Positions 1 through 11,862 of a stretch of 64,000 nt of DNA are shown here, piece by piece. Positions within the stretch are counted from its first letter, which is position 1, and each line of letters starts with the position of its first letter. The stretch comes from Bugula neritina (lineage: Eukaryota > Animalia > Bryozoa), in NCBI GenBank assembly GCA_964035545.1, contig OZ037770.1, positions 15,862,642 to 15,926,641 of the forward strand. The letters run 5' to 3'. The notes under the pieces were generated by a model. That model saw only the letters and a list, made by a program, of their open reading frames with translations, was not told the origin of the DNA and made no database searches. Made by a program: the position numbers and the translations under genes.

Positions 1-3000
1 AGCATCTAGAGTCATTACAGCTCCAACAGTCATAGAGTCGGTAGGCGTCTCCCGCTCAAAATATTTCTTCAGCATGTTGGCATGGTATGTTCTCCTCTTG
101 CCTTTAATGTTGATGATGTAGTCATTTAGTCTGACTTTCTCCTCAATATTGAATGGTCCTTGCCAATGCATCAGCAATTTATTTCCATCCGTAGGTAAAA
201 GAATGAGCACTTTGTCACCAGATTTGAAGTCTCTCTGCTTAGCTTTCTTGTCAAAATAGTGTTTGTATCTTTTTTGACTGTCTTTTAGCGAAGCTAGTGC
301 CATTTCCATCATGTCATCTAAACGCTCTCTCAATTCAAAAACATGTTGATAGCAGGTCTTGACTTCATCGGCAGTGTCTTCTTTTGTCCAAAGTTGTCGC
401 AGGATGTACATTGGTCCACGTACAGTTCTTCCATAGAGTAACTCGAATGGGGCGAAGCCTGTTGATTCCTGTGGGACTTCTCTATATGCAAATAGAGCCG
501 CATTGATGAACCGATGCCACTGTCTTGGCTCTTTAGCACACAACTTTTTTAACATACTCTTGAGGGTTCCGTTGAACTTTTCCACAAGTCCATTGGCCAT
601 TGCATGGTATGGTGAGGTAGGAAGTTGTCGCATGTCAAGTAATCTGGTAAACTCTTTCATGTAATCCGAGATGAATTGAGTTCCTTGGTCGCTTATCACC
701 TCCTCTGGTATCCCAACACGACTGTATATGTCAAGCAGCGCTTCAGCTACAGTAGCTGAGTCAATGTTCTTCAATGGTGTAGCTTCAGGGTATCTTGTAG
801 CATAGTCAACTAAAGTTAGGATGTAGCGGTGTCCTTTCTCACTTGGAGGGTTAATTGGTCCGACTAGGTCTATTGCACATCTCTTGAATGGGGTGTCAAT
901 TAGTGGTGTTTCCTGTACTGGAACTTTCATGACTGAGCCTTTTTTCACCGTCTTCTGGCAAATGTCACATGATTGACAGAAACGTACGACATCTCCGTTT
1001 AGTCCTGGCCAGAAGAAGTTGGAAAGCACTCTATCAGTGGTTTTCTTTACTCCTAGGTGTCCGCTCATTATGCAGTCATGAGCTTTCTGTAGAACTTCCT
1101 TCCTCAGAGAACTGGGTACCATGAGTTGTTTAACAGGTTTTACACTGAAAGACTTCGATTCGGTGTACTCACGGTACAGAATCTTGTTTCTCACCACAAA
1201 CCTGGTGGTGCATCCCTTTTTCTCCTTCACTTCTTTTGCATCGAAGAAACGCTCCAATGTGGGGTCATCTCTCTGCAGTCTGGCTATTTCATCTTTCCCT
1301 ATACTTAATGGGTTAGCATTTGAATCAATCATCAGGGGTTTGTCTCCTGACTTCTCCTTGACAGCTTGAGCTCTTGTGGTTACGGCGCAGTCCTTCCAGT
1401 TTTCCAGCGGCTGGTCAGCTGATCTCGCTCCATCCACATTCCCAATAAGCAGGTCACAAATCGTCTTGTCCATTACTGCAGCTTTGACGACACCATTGTA
1501 AAATGGTGAGCGCACTGAGATAAGTGCCCACTGAGCATCCCTAACACTTGCATCAGCCATCTTCAAATAAACTGATTCTCCAGTTAAATGTTGAGGTTGC
1601 ACGTACTTTGCATTGACTACAATGCAACCACAGCCGGTGTCGCGCATTACAGTAGCTGGTTGGCCATTAATTTCCGCATCAAATATTGCTGTGCCCCCAT
1701 CTTTGAATTTAGGTCCATTCTTGCAAACAGCAGCGTTGATAAACTTTTTACCATTAACTATGATTTCTGTAGGTTCTTCCACTTTAGATGAGATTCCTGG
1801 ATCTATGACCACGGTCTTATTCTGAGTAGTCCCTATTGCAGCAGCAGCACGCACTGACCTTCCACCATACTTTCTGCAGTCAGAAGTATTGTGATTGTTC
1901 ATCTTGCAATGTGAACAGTACTTCTTCCCTCGCCGTGGGCAGTTACGAGCAATGTGTGACTTATCTTTGCAGATGAAGCATGCACCATCGCTTTTACTTC
2001 CTTGTTCAGCATTCATGCTATCGGCAGGTGTGTTTTCCATCCTTTTTGTATTAGTTTTCTTTGTCTTTGCTAGTTTCCTTCCACGAGCGTGCAAGAACAG
2101 TGACGCTGCATCACACATATCCTCACTGCTGTTGTAGGAATTTTGCTTTAAGTGCACAGCTAAGTCGTCTGGGCATGATGATATAAATTGTTCAGTCGCC
2201 ACTAGTTTGGCTATGTCCATGCCCCCTGAAAGCTCCACCCACTTGTGCACGTAAGTTTCTATCCTAGTGAATAGTTGGGCAGGAGTTTCATCCTCGTAAG
2301 CTTCTGCCTCTCTGAGCTTTTTTCTGTAGCCCTCTTGAGTCAAGTTAAAGCGCTCCAACAAGGCTTCTTTGACTTTTTTATAATTTCTACGATCGGTAGG
2401 TGACAACCGGATGTAAGCTTCTGTTGCCGTACCCCTTAGGTACTGACTGAGATGGTAGGGCCAATCTCCCTTGTCCCAGTTACATCCTTCGGCAACCCAC
2501 TCGAACCGCTCTAAATAGCTATCCATTTCATCCACCTTCTCATCAAAGAATGGTATTTTTGGTTTTGGTTTGTTAGTTATTTCTAACCTGGTGCTCTCAT
2601 GTCTTGAGTGCTCCAAACTTATGTCAGCTTTCAGCTTTTCCATATCTAATTCATGTCGTTGTCTTCTCTCTTCTGCTTCCTGGTCAGCTTTAATCTTGAG
2701 TGCCATTGCCTCCTGATCAGCTTTAACCTTGAGTGCCATTGCCTCCTGATCAGCTTTAACCTTGAATGCCGTTGCCTCCTGATCAGCTTTTATCTTCATC
2801 TCCATTAAGGCTTTCTCATTCTCTTGCCTGATCTTTTCCGCTTCACGCTCTAATCTACGCTCCTCTCGATCCTTTTCTTTTTCCTCTCGGTCCTTTTCTT
2901 TTTCCTCTTGTGCAGCAACAATGGGCAGGTTCTTTTCAACAAAAGCTACGAGCTTGTCCTCCACTAATCCAAGATCTTTACCCATTTGTGTCACTCTCTC

Positions 3001-3012
3001 CAACAACGCCAT
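1..3012 (-). CDS. gag-pol polyprotein (gag, two zinc knuckles, aspartic protease, integrase), partial
   Basis: ATG at 3012 (MALLERVTQMGKDLGL). Motifs read by hand: CFICKDKSHIARNC, CSHCKMNNHNTSDC, MRDTGC, AHDCIMSGHLG...FCQSCDICQK, AIDLVGP, ISDQGTQF, GLVEKFNGTLK, and YHANMLKKY near position 70. It is absent from the ORF track, consistent with having no stop inside the window; I did not check every codon. Confidence 0.93.
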   Translation of the reverse strand, partial: MALLERVTQMGKDLGLVEDKLVAFVEKNLPIVAAQEEKEKDREEKEKDREERRLEREAEKIRQENEKALMEMKIKADQEATAFKVKADQEAMALKVKADQEAMALKIKADQEAEERRQRHELDMEKLKADISLEHSRHESTRLEITNKPKPKIPFFDEKVDEMDSYLERFEWVAEGCNWDKGDWPYHLSQYLRGTATEAYIRLSPTDRRNYKKVKEALLERFNLTQEGYRKKLREAEAYEDETPAQLFTRIETYVHKWVELSGGMDIAKLVATEQFISSCPDDLAVHLKQNSYNSSEDMCDAASLFLHARGRKLAKTKKTNTKRMENTPADSMNAEQGSKSDGACFICKDKSHIARNCPRRGKKYCSHCKMNNHNTSDCRKYGGRSVRAAAAIGTTQNKTVVIDPGISSKVEEPTEIIVNGKKFINAAVCKNGPKFKDGGTAIFDAEINGQPATVMRDTGCGCIVVNAKYVQPQHLTGESVYLKMADASVRDAQWALISVRSPFYNGVVKAAVMDKTICDLLIGNVDGARSADQPLENWKDCAVTTRAQAVKEKSGDKPLMIDSNANPLSIGKDEIARLQRDDPTLERFFDAKEVKEKKGCTTRFVVRNKILYREYTESKSFSVKPVKQLMVPSSLRKEVLQKAHDCIMSGHLGVKKTTDRVLSNFFWPGLNGDVVRFCQSCDICQKTVKKGSVMKVPVQETPLIDTPFKRCAIDLVGPINPPSEKGHRYILTLVDYATRYPEATPLKNIDSATVAEALLDIYSRVGIPEEVISDQGTQFISDYMKEFTRLLDMRQLPTSPYHAMANGLVEKFNGTLKSMLKKLCAKEPRQWHRFINAALFAYREVPQESTGFAPFELLYGRTVRGPMYILRQLWTKEDTADEVKTCYQHVFELRERLDDMMEMALASLKDSQKRYKHYFDKKAKQRDFKSGDKVLILLPTDGNKLLMHWQGPFNIEEKVRLNDYIINIKGKRRTYHANMLKKYFERETPTDSMTVGAVMTLDA

Positions 3013-3088
3013 AATGTCTCAACAACTGTTAATTAATCCTGTGTATACTCACGTTGTAACTGATAACTTCCCTGTGTGCGACTGAGAC

Positions 3089-3106
3089 TTCCCGGAGCAG
3101 CCCCCA
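3089..3106 (-). promoter_or_regulatory. Primer-binding site, tRNA-Pro-like
   Basis: Minus strand reads TGGGGGCTGCTCCGGGAA two nt after the LTR end. The canonical tRNA-Pro PBS is TGGGGGCTCGTCCGGGAT. Confidence 0.7.
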
Positions 3107-3108
3107 AT

Positions 3109-3648
3109 TGTCACAAAACTGTTGGTAGCAGTGTGACGAGTTCGAAAAGTCTGGTAGTCAGAAGTATAGAGACAAGTAGCATACAGCTTGCTAATCCAGT
3201 TGAGAGTAAATAGAGTAGACTTTATTTCTTCAGTAAGATATGCACAGATGAACTTATAAGAGTGAACTCCGAGAATGAACTTATGAAAATGAACTGATTC
3301 GTAAACACAACTGCCTCAGTATTTATAGTAAACAGAAAAACTCTAGAACATTCTCAAGCATTCCAGTATAGAAGATTCTAGTAGGAAACATTCCCCACAT
3401 GCCAATACTATTTATAGAAAATCAAAACAAAACAAAACATTGGAATTTCCATGGTTATTTCGCAATTATTGCGCAATACCTTGTTTACATTGCTGGGCAG
3501 TAGTTAACATGACTAACCAAAACAGTAACAATGAACAATGACCCATCTCTTTGATTAGTCTAGAATATTTATGAACATTCCTGTATAATCATTAGGAAAA
3601 ACCCGGTAAGTCTATTTATAGGTATATGTACACTCAGAATTTGTGACA
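3109..3648 (-). repeat. 5' LTR (540 bp)
   Basis: Begins TGTCACAAA at 3109 and ends TTTGTGACA at 3648 (9-bp perfect terminal inverted repeat), directly next to the PBS. Confidence 0.85.
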
Positions 3649-4641
3649 ACAATTGTGATTTAAACACTAAAAACACATCATTTCCTATCTTTGTGAGCTC
3701 CAATGGTACAAATTCTAGCACTCATTAGGGCTTTAACGAACAGCAATAGCCTATGTTACAATTAAAAAGCCATAACATTAGCCAGAATGATAAGTAGCCT
3801 AAAATATAACTAAAACTATAAGTAAAACATATTCCATGATATAGATATTATGTATTCAAATATTTACATTACAGTTAGTGTTACTATAAGTTAGTTGATA
3901 AGTATAATCAAGATAGTAAATATTATTATTGCTTGCAAATATATTCACATATTAATATTATTATTAGTATGATTACCACAATCTGAATCATAATGACAAT
4001 AACAATCATAATGATAATTAGTAGGTGAGTAACACTTTGACTTTGAGGTTTGACTTATGCTGACACTAACAGTAACACTAACAGTAACTGTAAGCTAAGA
4101 CTAAAACTGAGTAAAACTAAAACTAGAAGTAAGACTAAGAGTAAGATGAAGTCTAAGAGTAGGTCAAAGTGAAAGTGTAACATTAACGGTAACAGATCCA
4201 ACTTTAAAGTTAAATAACTTTTGCTATTAGTATTACGTCTGTATTAGTATAACTCTTACTATTAGTATTATTATTAATATAACTATAAGTATTACTATAT
4301 TAATACATTAATACTATTACTATTAGTAATAGTAATAGTAATACTAATAGTAGTATTAGTATAAGTATTACTAATAGTAATACTAATAGTAATAGTATTA
4401 GTATAAGATTAAGTATTAGTCTATTACAACCGTAATACTAATAACTAATAAATAAATAATAACAACCACAGTCGCTGGAAATTGACGATCATTATCAGCA
4501 TCACTATATAATATATGAATCATGAATATTGTGACCATTACGTTGGTTATCAATATTAATACAATAACTATAATTTATATGATAATGATAGAATTAACAA
4601 GTAACGTTACACTTCGTCGGTTCGTCCGCATTACTACCACG

Positions 4642-4795
4642 AATGGTTTTATAAGCAGCGCTGAGCTGTTGGTGAGTGAGTGCAATCGTTTCGGATTCTT
4701 GGATTCGAAGCTTGAATGACACCTGAATTTACAGCGAAGAACCGCAAGCTATTGCATCTATTCACCAATAACTAGGCGCTTCTTATAAAAGCATT
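4642..4795. mobile_element. Imperfect long inverted repeat, MITE-like palindrome
   Basis: Left arm TTTTATAAGCAGCGCTGAGCTGTTGGTGAGTGAGTGCAATCG (from 4647) matches the reverse complement of the right arm, TTTTATAAGAAGCGCCTAGTTATTGGTGAATAGATGCAATAG (ending 4790). Spacer ~36 bp. Confidence 0.55.
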
Positions 4796-5152
4796 TTTAT
4801 GCTAGTATATCACGTTTTTTAATTGAGTCGCTAGAAGGAGCACGGAGTTGAGACACAAACTAAGGGTCGCGTCTGTTTACTCTAGACTTCAACTCCTGCA
4901 TTCAGTTGCTTATAGCTCATTAGTTGACAAGCTGTTGAACTCACCGAATTCAAAATATTTTTTCCAGTTCAATGTTTAGACTAGTAAAGGAATGATGCAG
5001 TAAAAATGAGAGACAATGCTGGTGTCCTACCAAATGTGTAAATTTAAAATGATCTTTCCTTTGATCTAGTGAGGTCAATGTCACAATTTTTATATATATA
5101 AACATTACTTGTCTTTACCTTACACATAAATTTATAATTATACTAACAAAGC

Positions 5153-5528
5153 CACTATGTACTGATGAGAATATAGACTATGTACTGATGAGAATATAGA
5201 CTATGTACTGATGAGAATATAGACTATGTACTGATGAGAATATAGACTATGTACTAGAGAGAATATAGACTATGTACTAGAGAGAATATAGACTATGTAC
5301 TAGTGAGAATATAGACTCTGTACTAGTGAGAATATAGACTATGTACTAGAGAGAATATAGACTATGTACTAGAGAGAATATAGACTATGTACTAGAGAGA
5401 ATATAGACTATGTACTAGAGGAAATATAGACTATGTACTAGAGAGAATATAGACTATGTACTAGAGAGAATATAGACTATGTACTAGAGAGAGTATAGAC
5501 TATGTCGTAGAGAGAGTATAAACTATGT
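5153..5528. repeat. Minisatellite, 23-bp unit GACTATGTACTAGAGAGAATATA
   Basis: About 16 direct tandem copies. Confidence 0.95.
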
Positions 5529-6122
5529 ATGTATGCATGAATACATGTGAATATTTGAATATTTAAATATTAATCAGGTGATGTATCTATACCACAATGC
5601 CACACTTTTACTCATCAATGATTCTGTGGAAGACTTCTAACTTGCTAAATAAAATAAGCTAGATGCATAAAACTAGTCTCCTTCCGATTATTACACTCTC
5701 CATGTGTGTACGTGACTATTTGAAACTATTTCTCAACAAGATACATTAAGCCTTTGCAACCTGATGGAGCTTTAAAAAGTCAGCAATTACAGTTTATAAT
5801 AATAAACTTTTATAAGTGGACGAAACGCAATAAATCTGGAGTTATGATACCTTAAAACACAAAATAACATGAGGACACAATTCCAGAGAATAGTATATTC
5901 TCTGTGCTGTGAATTGTAAAGTTATATTATGAAATTAAGAAATTTTATGTAGAACACAATTGCGTCTAGTAAATAGAATACTCAATAGAATATAGACAGC
6001 TGGTAGAGCTAACACATATCGCTATATTTGACTTGAGTTGTAATGGAATTGAACACATTACACCAACAGCTTAGTATAATCACACCAATAAAACCAGACA
6101 ATTCAGCAGATAAAATGGCGGA

Positions 6123-9101
6123 TCAAACAAAAGTTTTATCAATTACAAGTCTTTCTACTCTCACATAAGGAGTGTTGGTTGTATGAGATGTAACATGCTT
6201 GCTTAAGGCAGCATTACTTCTACACCTGTAGCTACACACAATACAGTTAACATACTTCGTCTGCATATGTACACTTTGCCTGTGTCTCTTCAGCGTTCTT
6301 ATACACTTAAATTGACTTTCACAGTTGGCGCATTTGAACTGCTTATCTTCTGTATGAATTCTCAGGTGACGATTTAAAAGCCATTGCTGAGTACATTTAT
6401 AGTCACACTTTGACCACTGGAAAGGTTTTTCATTTTTATGAACGCTGATATCACAAATAGCTGAAAGATGCTCTCCGTGTTGTATTGCAGGTTCCAACGT
6501 TATCTCAACATCTGGTAAAGAAAGAATTGCTACTTGATGGGTCACTAGAACATTTATTTAATGCACAATACCACATTCATTTCTTTGTAACCCAAGAAAC
6601 TATTAATCAAATTAAAATGCTAACCTGTTGGTACCTCGACTTTAACTACCAGATCTTCTGCATGATATTCTGCAGTATCTTCTACATTTTCTTCTGCAGG
6701 ATTTAGCTCAATCTCTATGTCTGTAAAGATAACAATTGATGGTCACCCAAAACACCAAGTTAATGTAAAGCATGGATTAACTTCTGTAATTTACATAACA
6801 ATACAAACCTGTTGGTGGTTCCACCTTCACAAAGTTTGGGCTGTATTCCTGGGTAGTTTCATAATATTGAACACTTTTCTCTATCTAAAAAAGAAACACT
6901 AAACTAAATACTAGTCTAATGGGTGATAACAATATAACCTTTTAACCAAATTGCTTGACAGAATATTTACTGCATGCATTACTATAACACCAACTCTATA
7001 GCTCTCCTTAGGACCTTACCCACTGAGCTGGAACACACCTGGATAGGATAAGGACGTTTTAGCATGGCTAAATGGTTTAGCTCCGCCTTAACATGGTACA
7101 CTTAACCACGCCTACTTGTTTTGAGTGCAGTAGTAGTAAAATCCCATATAAATGCAAGCTAGTAGAGCTCATAAATTAAGGTTAACACTAAAAAATAGTG
7201 AAAATTTAGCACTTTGATGCAGGAACTAACTATTCTGTTTATTTTACTTATGGCATTTCTTAGTTTATGATTAATCAACATTTGATGGAAACATGTACCT
7301 CAAGTATATATTATAATATTTTTAATAACTTAACAAATGCATTACATATTTATTGAGTAGATCAACACTTTATTAAAAATGAAATGAAATGCAACAGCAA
7401 AGCAAATTTCAGCCTTAGCACATAAATACGGACAGTAAGGATAACAAGTATAAAGGTTTATAAATAATATAAAAAACAATGATAAATCACAGCTTTACAA
7501 CACAGGAAAGTAACAGATTTCTTTAAACCTTTCAAAGTTTTAAATGCTGTTTTCCAGTGCTGATCTGAAAGCAATAAGTGATTAAAATAGAATTACAGAA
7601 TAAACAAAAAATAATATTATATTGCAATAACAATATTTGTGATTATCTAATGTTATAATATAAATACTGTTGTAATAACTTCTAAACGATTAATTACCCA
7701 CAGCCTTATTATTGGCCTCTAAACAGTACATTTTTGTTGCTACATAGCATGAAATTTAGTTTGTGCATAGCAATATTTGTTAGTTCATTCCAATGACTGT
7801 TGTATGAATATCAACTTACTATAAGTCGCTCTGGAACAGCAACCAATTCCTCTGCTGGAACAGCTCTACTTCGAAAATGCCGAGGTTGGCTTGTGCTTTC
7901 GAAAGAATTGCTATAAAAATGATCGCTACAAACTAAAGATCGTTCACTAGGTTCTTCTTGGCTGCGAGGAACCTTTCACCAAACATTCCAACGACTGAAA
8001 TCCTTCTGCTTGTTGAGAAATCTAAATAAAAATTACTGCAGTAGCTGAAATTATTTACAAACTGATACGTTATGCTTCATCAATGGTGCAACCTATTTAA
8101 ACTAAAAACTTTAAACCTTTAGGTAACAGTAAAATCTAATATCAATCAACAAAAGATTTTCGATATTTATTAAAGATAGTAAATTAATACAATAATGCTT
8201 TGAAAGTAAAAAGCTTGCTGTAAATAACATCAACATAATAAAGTTGACTTAGCAATAATAATAGTGACATCAATATGAGTAGATATTAGAGGCAGTCTAC
8301 AACTACCACCTCCGCCTGTGGCTGTAGTAATTAATGTCAACTAACTGCTTGCATATTTAGTCTTATACTTTGAGTATGTCAAAGGGAGACTTAGTAAAGC
8401 TCTATTACTATTAAACCTAATACTACCCACTGAGTGAGTAATAGTAATACTAATTGAGATCTAATAACACAGTGAGTCACTCACACTTCCACATTTTCAT
8501 TTTGCGTAGTTACTGTTATTGTTAGTCATACTAAATCTAATACTATTAGTATTAGTAATAGTACTATTTATACTCATACCGATACCCGAATTATAATAAC
8601 AATTTATGAGTAAGTTACTACTACTAATACTGAGTCTGATGAGTACTGGTAGTAGTACTACTACTAGTAGTACTAGTAACAGTCGTAGTAGTAGTACTGT
8701 AGTAATTTGTGTAATTACTATGCGTGGGTTCCTAGCTTGTAATTATAGTCTATTTATCCACATCAATAAAGTATTTAAGTGAGAGTTTACAAAGTTTATT
8801 CACTACTAATTATATAGAAAGATACAACACGTACACAGATTAGAAATTACATCTTCGCTTAGTTAGTACGCTCTCTCTACTGACAACTACTACTCGCTGA
8901 GGGTTATCACGTGACGCACTCCGATAGGCTGAAGGGGTTTGGGGGACGCGCGTATTACGTCCTCACTACACCACTAGTACTAGTGCTCTAGTAAGTGTAA
9001 CTGCTGTACTGGTAGTTGCGGCAACTGTATGCAAAACACCGAGACCCAGTAGTCTTACTTCGTTGACACTTAGTTTGCTTAGGATACGAGGAATTCGACA
9101 T
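6123..9101 (-). pseudogene. THAP-domain + C2H2 zinc-finger gene, apparently disrupted
   Basis: ATG 9101 gives MSNSSYPKQTKCQRSKTTGSRCFAYSCRNY (THAP C-x4-C). Exon ~8021-7820 gives FLNKQKDFSRWNVW*KVPRSQEEPSERSLVCSDHF...RAVP (THAP W, CxxHF and AVP motifs, with an in-frame TGA). Acidic VKVE linker exons at 6884-6809 and 6720-6625. Last exon 6544-6123 has C2H2 fingers (CANCESQF...HRQSVH; CIVCSYRC...HVTSH), and the preceding finger lacks its first Cys (WSKC). A fully in-frame model could not be built. Confidence 0.6.
8738..8970 (-). mobile_element. Possible short solo LTR
   Basis: Minus strand runs TGTAGTGAGG...AATAAA...ATAATTACA, GC-richer than its flanks. No TSD found. Confidence 0.3.
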
Positions 9102-10618
9102 GGTTAACGAAGTACAGCAGGGCAAAAAAACAATGTTTAAAAGTGAGATTCACTCAAAATTGAGGAAATGATGAACAAGCTTCTCAATTTTCCCCGCCAG
9201 AAATTTGGCATGCTTCGGCTCACAAAGCCAATCGGCAACGAGGTTACATTACAAAGTACACCTATACCAATTCCAGTTAATATTATTGAGTTCGGTGTTT
9301 ATACCTGTAAAAGAATGAGGCGGTAATAAGGACAGACGATGATAGTGTTATATGAAAAGTATAGATATAGGACTGCCTTCCAGTTGTTGTTATTGGCTAG
9401 TTCGCTTTAGCGAGGTCAATGTCACATTTAATTTCTAAAGATTGTTTTATAATTAATATTATCATCATAATCATTACACTAAGTCTAAAAACAATAGGGA
9501 TTGACTTTCTAATAGTATTAATACCAATACGTAAACATTAGCAATAACACCAACTTGTAATTATACTAATAGTAATTGCCAATAGGTTGTATTAATACTA
9601 ATGGTTGATTATCATTATGATTATAGTTTTAGCTTTACAGTGAGTTTACTTAAAGTTAAAGTTAAACTAAAGTAAGGCCCACGGCTACGGTTACCGGTAA
9701 GACTAAGAGCAAGACTAACTCTAAGAGTAAAACCAAGAGCAAGACTCACTTAATCTTATAATTAACCCGTTACGGTTATCGTTATACTTATACTTATAGT
9801 TATGACTTACACTTTGACTTACAGTTTGAGTTACTAACTCTGAGAGCAACGCCAACTGTTATTGTAACTGTAAATGTAACTGTAAGAAAAAGAGTAAGAC
9901 TATCAGAGTGAGAGTATCACATTCACTAAGTGTCTGTGTAAATGTAAAGGTAAATAAATGGCGATGCAGTAAGGGTTATTCTAATACAATTTGAATTACA
10001 TAATCATTAATGATAATCGTAACATGACTAATGTAATCGTTTATAATCTTAACTAATTAGTATTAGTATTACTAAACATTAAATTTAATGGCAATGGTTA
10101 TATCATATATTATACTAATAGTAATGGTGTTAAGTTATACTTACACTTACAGTTATGATCTTCGTATTGGTATTGATTATTGAAATTCAAATTGATAATC
10201 GTTATCATTATGATTGATTATCATTCTCATTATGATATTCATATTGATATTGATAATCCTAAGTTTAATGGACAATCATTATTTAATCCCTAAATTGAAT
10301 GCTAATCATGATGATGATATTCCTAATAATTGAAAATACAAATATAATATATATGATTATAAATCTCTTACAAATGAAAATATAATCATAATGATACTGA
10401 TAGTCATTATACTTATAGTGTATGTTGCCATCACTGTCAGTAACTGTCACTGTTTCTACTGCATTTATTTTACTATATTGCTGTTACCATAATATTAGCA
10501 TTAGAAGTACTTTTACTCAAAGTCTAGCCCTTGGTATAAGTTTATTGCATAGGCATAACGATATAGTTATCATTAAATATAATATAATAATAGTTATGTT
10601 GATACCAAATTCAATATT

Positions 10619-10978
10619 ACTCAGTGGGACTCAGTGATACTCAGTGATACTCAGTAGTACTCAGTAGTACTCAGTGATACTCAGTAGTACTCAGTAGTAC
10701 TCAGTGGTACTCAGTAGTACTCAGTGGTACTCAGTGATATTCAGTGATACTCAGTGATACTCAGTGGTACTCAGTAGTACTCAGTGGTACTCAGTGATAC
10801 TCAGTGATACTCAGTGGTACTCAGTGATACTCAGTGGGACTCAGTGGTACTCAGTGGTACTCAGTAGTACTCAGTAGTACTCAGTGGTACTCAGTAGTAC
10901 TCAGTAGTACTCAGTGGTACTCAGTGGTACTCAGTGGTACTCAGCGGTACTCAGCGGTACTCAGCGGTACTCAGTGGT
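10619..10978. repeat. Minisatellite, 10-bp unit ACTCAGT(G/A)(G/A)T
   Basis: About 35 tandem copies upstream of RETSAT. Confidence 0.95.
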
Positions 10979-11862
10979 GTATGAATTTAGTACGTATATT
11001 AAAGAAAAATTTTGTCAATTTTTCACTGATTGGTTCTGTGTAAGTTAGTCTCCAAGGTAATGTAAATATAAATTGAGTAAGCAGAGTTTGATGATTAAAA
11101 GTTAGTATAAAACACCATTTGAATACATTACATATTCACAATATATGACGATGTGATATTCTCCCTGATAAAACAATCACTTGTTAGAATAAAATATGCT
11201 ACTGATCATTAACTTCAAGTAACAACCACCTCTGTCAGTATAAATATTCATAGTTTAGTTTTCTCCATTTTCTCCTTAGAGACATTTCTCAGCTGGTCAC
11301 AGAGTAGTTAGTAGGTGTGCAGTACTACCAGCATGTTATACATGTATTAGCTTACTCTCTGTATAAATATAACTCAGGTTTTCCTGTGTTTACAATTACA
11401 CTAGCAATATTATATGTTATGTTATCTGTCAACAGGGGGAGGGGGAGACTTAGTTGACATGAGTATAAGTAAGAACACTTAATCTTTGCCCTATGGACTC
11501 CACTTATCCCTGTGTGACCTGCTCCATCATCAGTTGGCTTACTGCCATCACCTGTATAATATACACCTGACAATATTATTGTCAGCTGGTTTTGCTACTG
11601 GATAGACTAAAGTTCATTGGGCAAACTCTCTCCTTTTTGTTTAAATACAGTGAAATTGGCTCTCGTCCAATAGAAGTCCTGCGTTAGATTACACAGACAC
11701 ATGCTACAGGTCTATTGGGTTTATATAGAGGAGCTTGGCTGAGGCTGAGGTCTTACATTGTCTATACTATGGTTATTACAGAGTTTGTGTGACTATCTCC
11801 TGTGAAGGCAGCAGTCTCTCTCCTGTGAAGGCAGCAGTCTCTCTCTCACAGAGGTCGGCAGC

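Larger units (their letters stand above)
1..3648 (-). mobile_element. Ty3/gypsy LTR retrotransposon, Gmr1-like (gag-PR-IN order), truncated by the left window edge
   Basis: 5' LTR with TG...CA inverted termini, an adjacent PBS, and a minus-strand polyprotein with CCHC knuckles, aspartic protease DTG and a complete integrase. RT is not reached before position 1. Confidence 0.95.
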
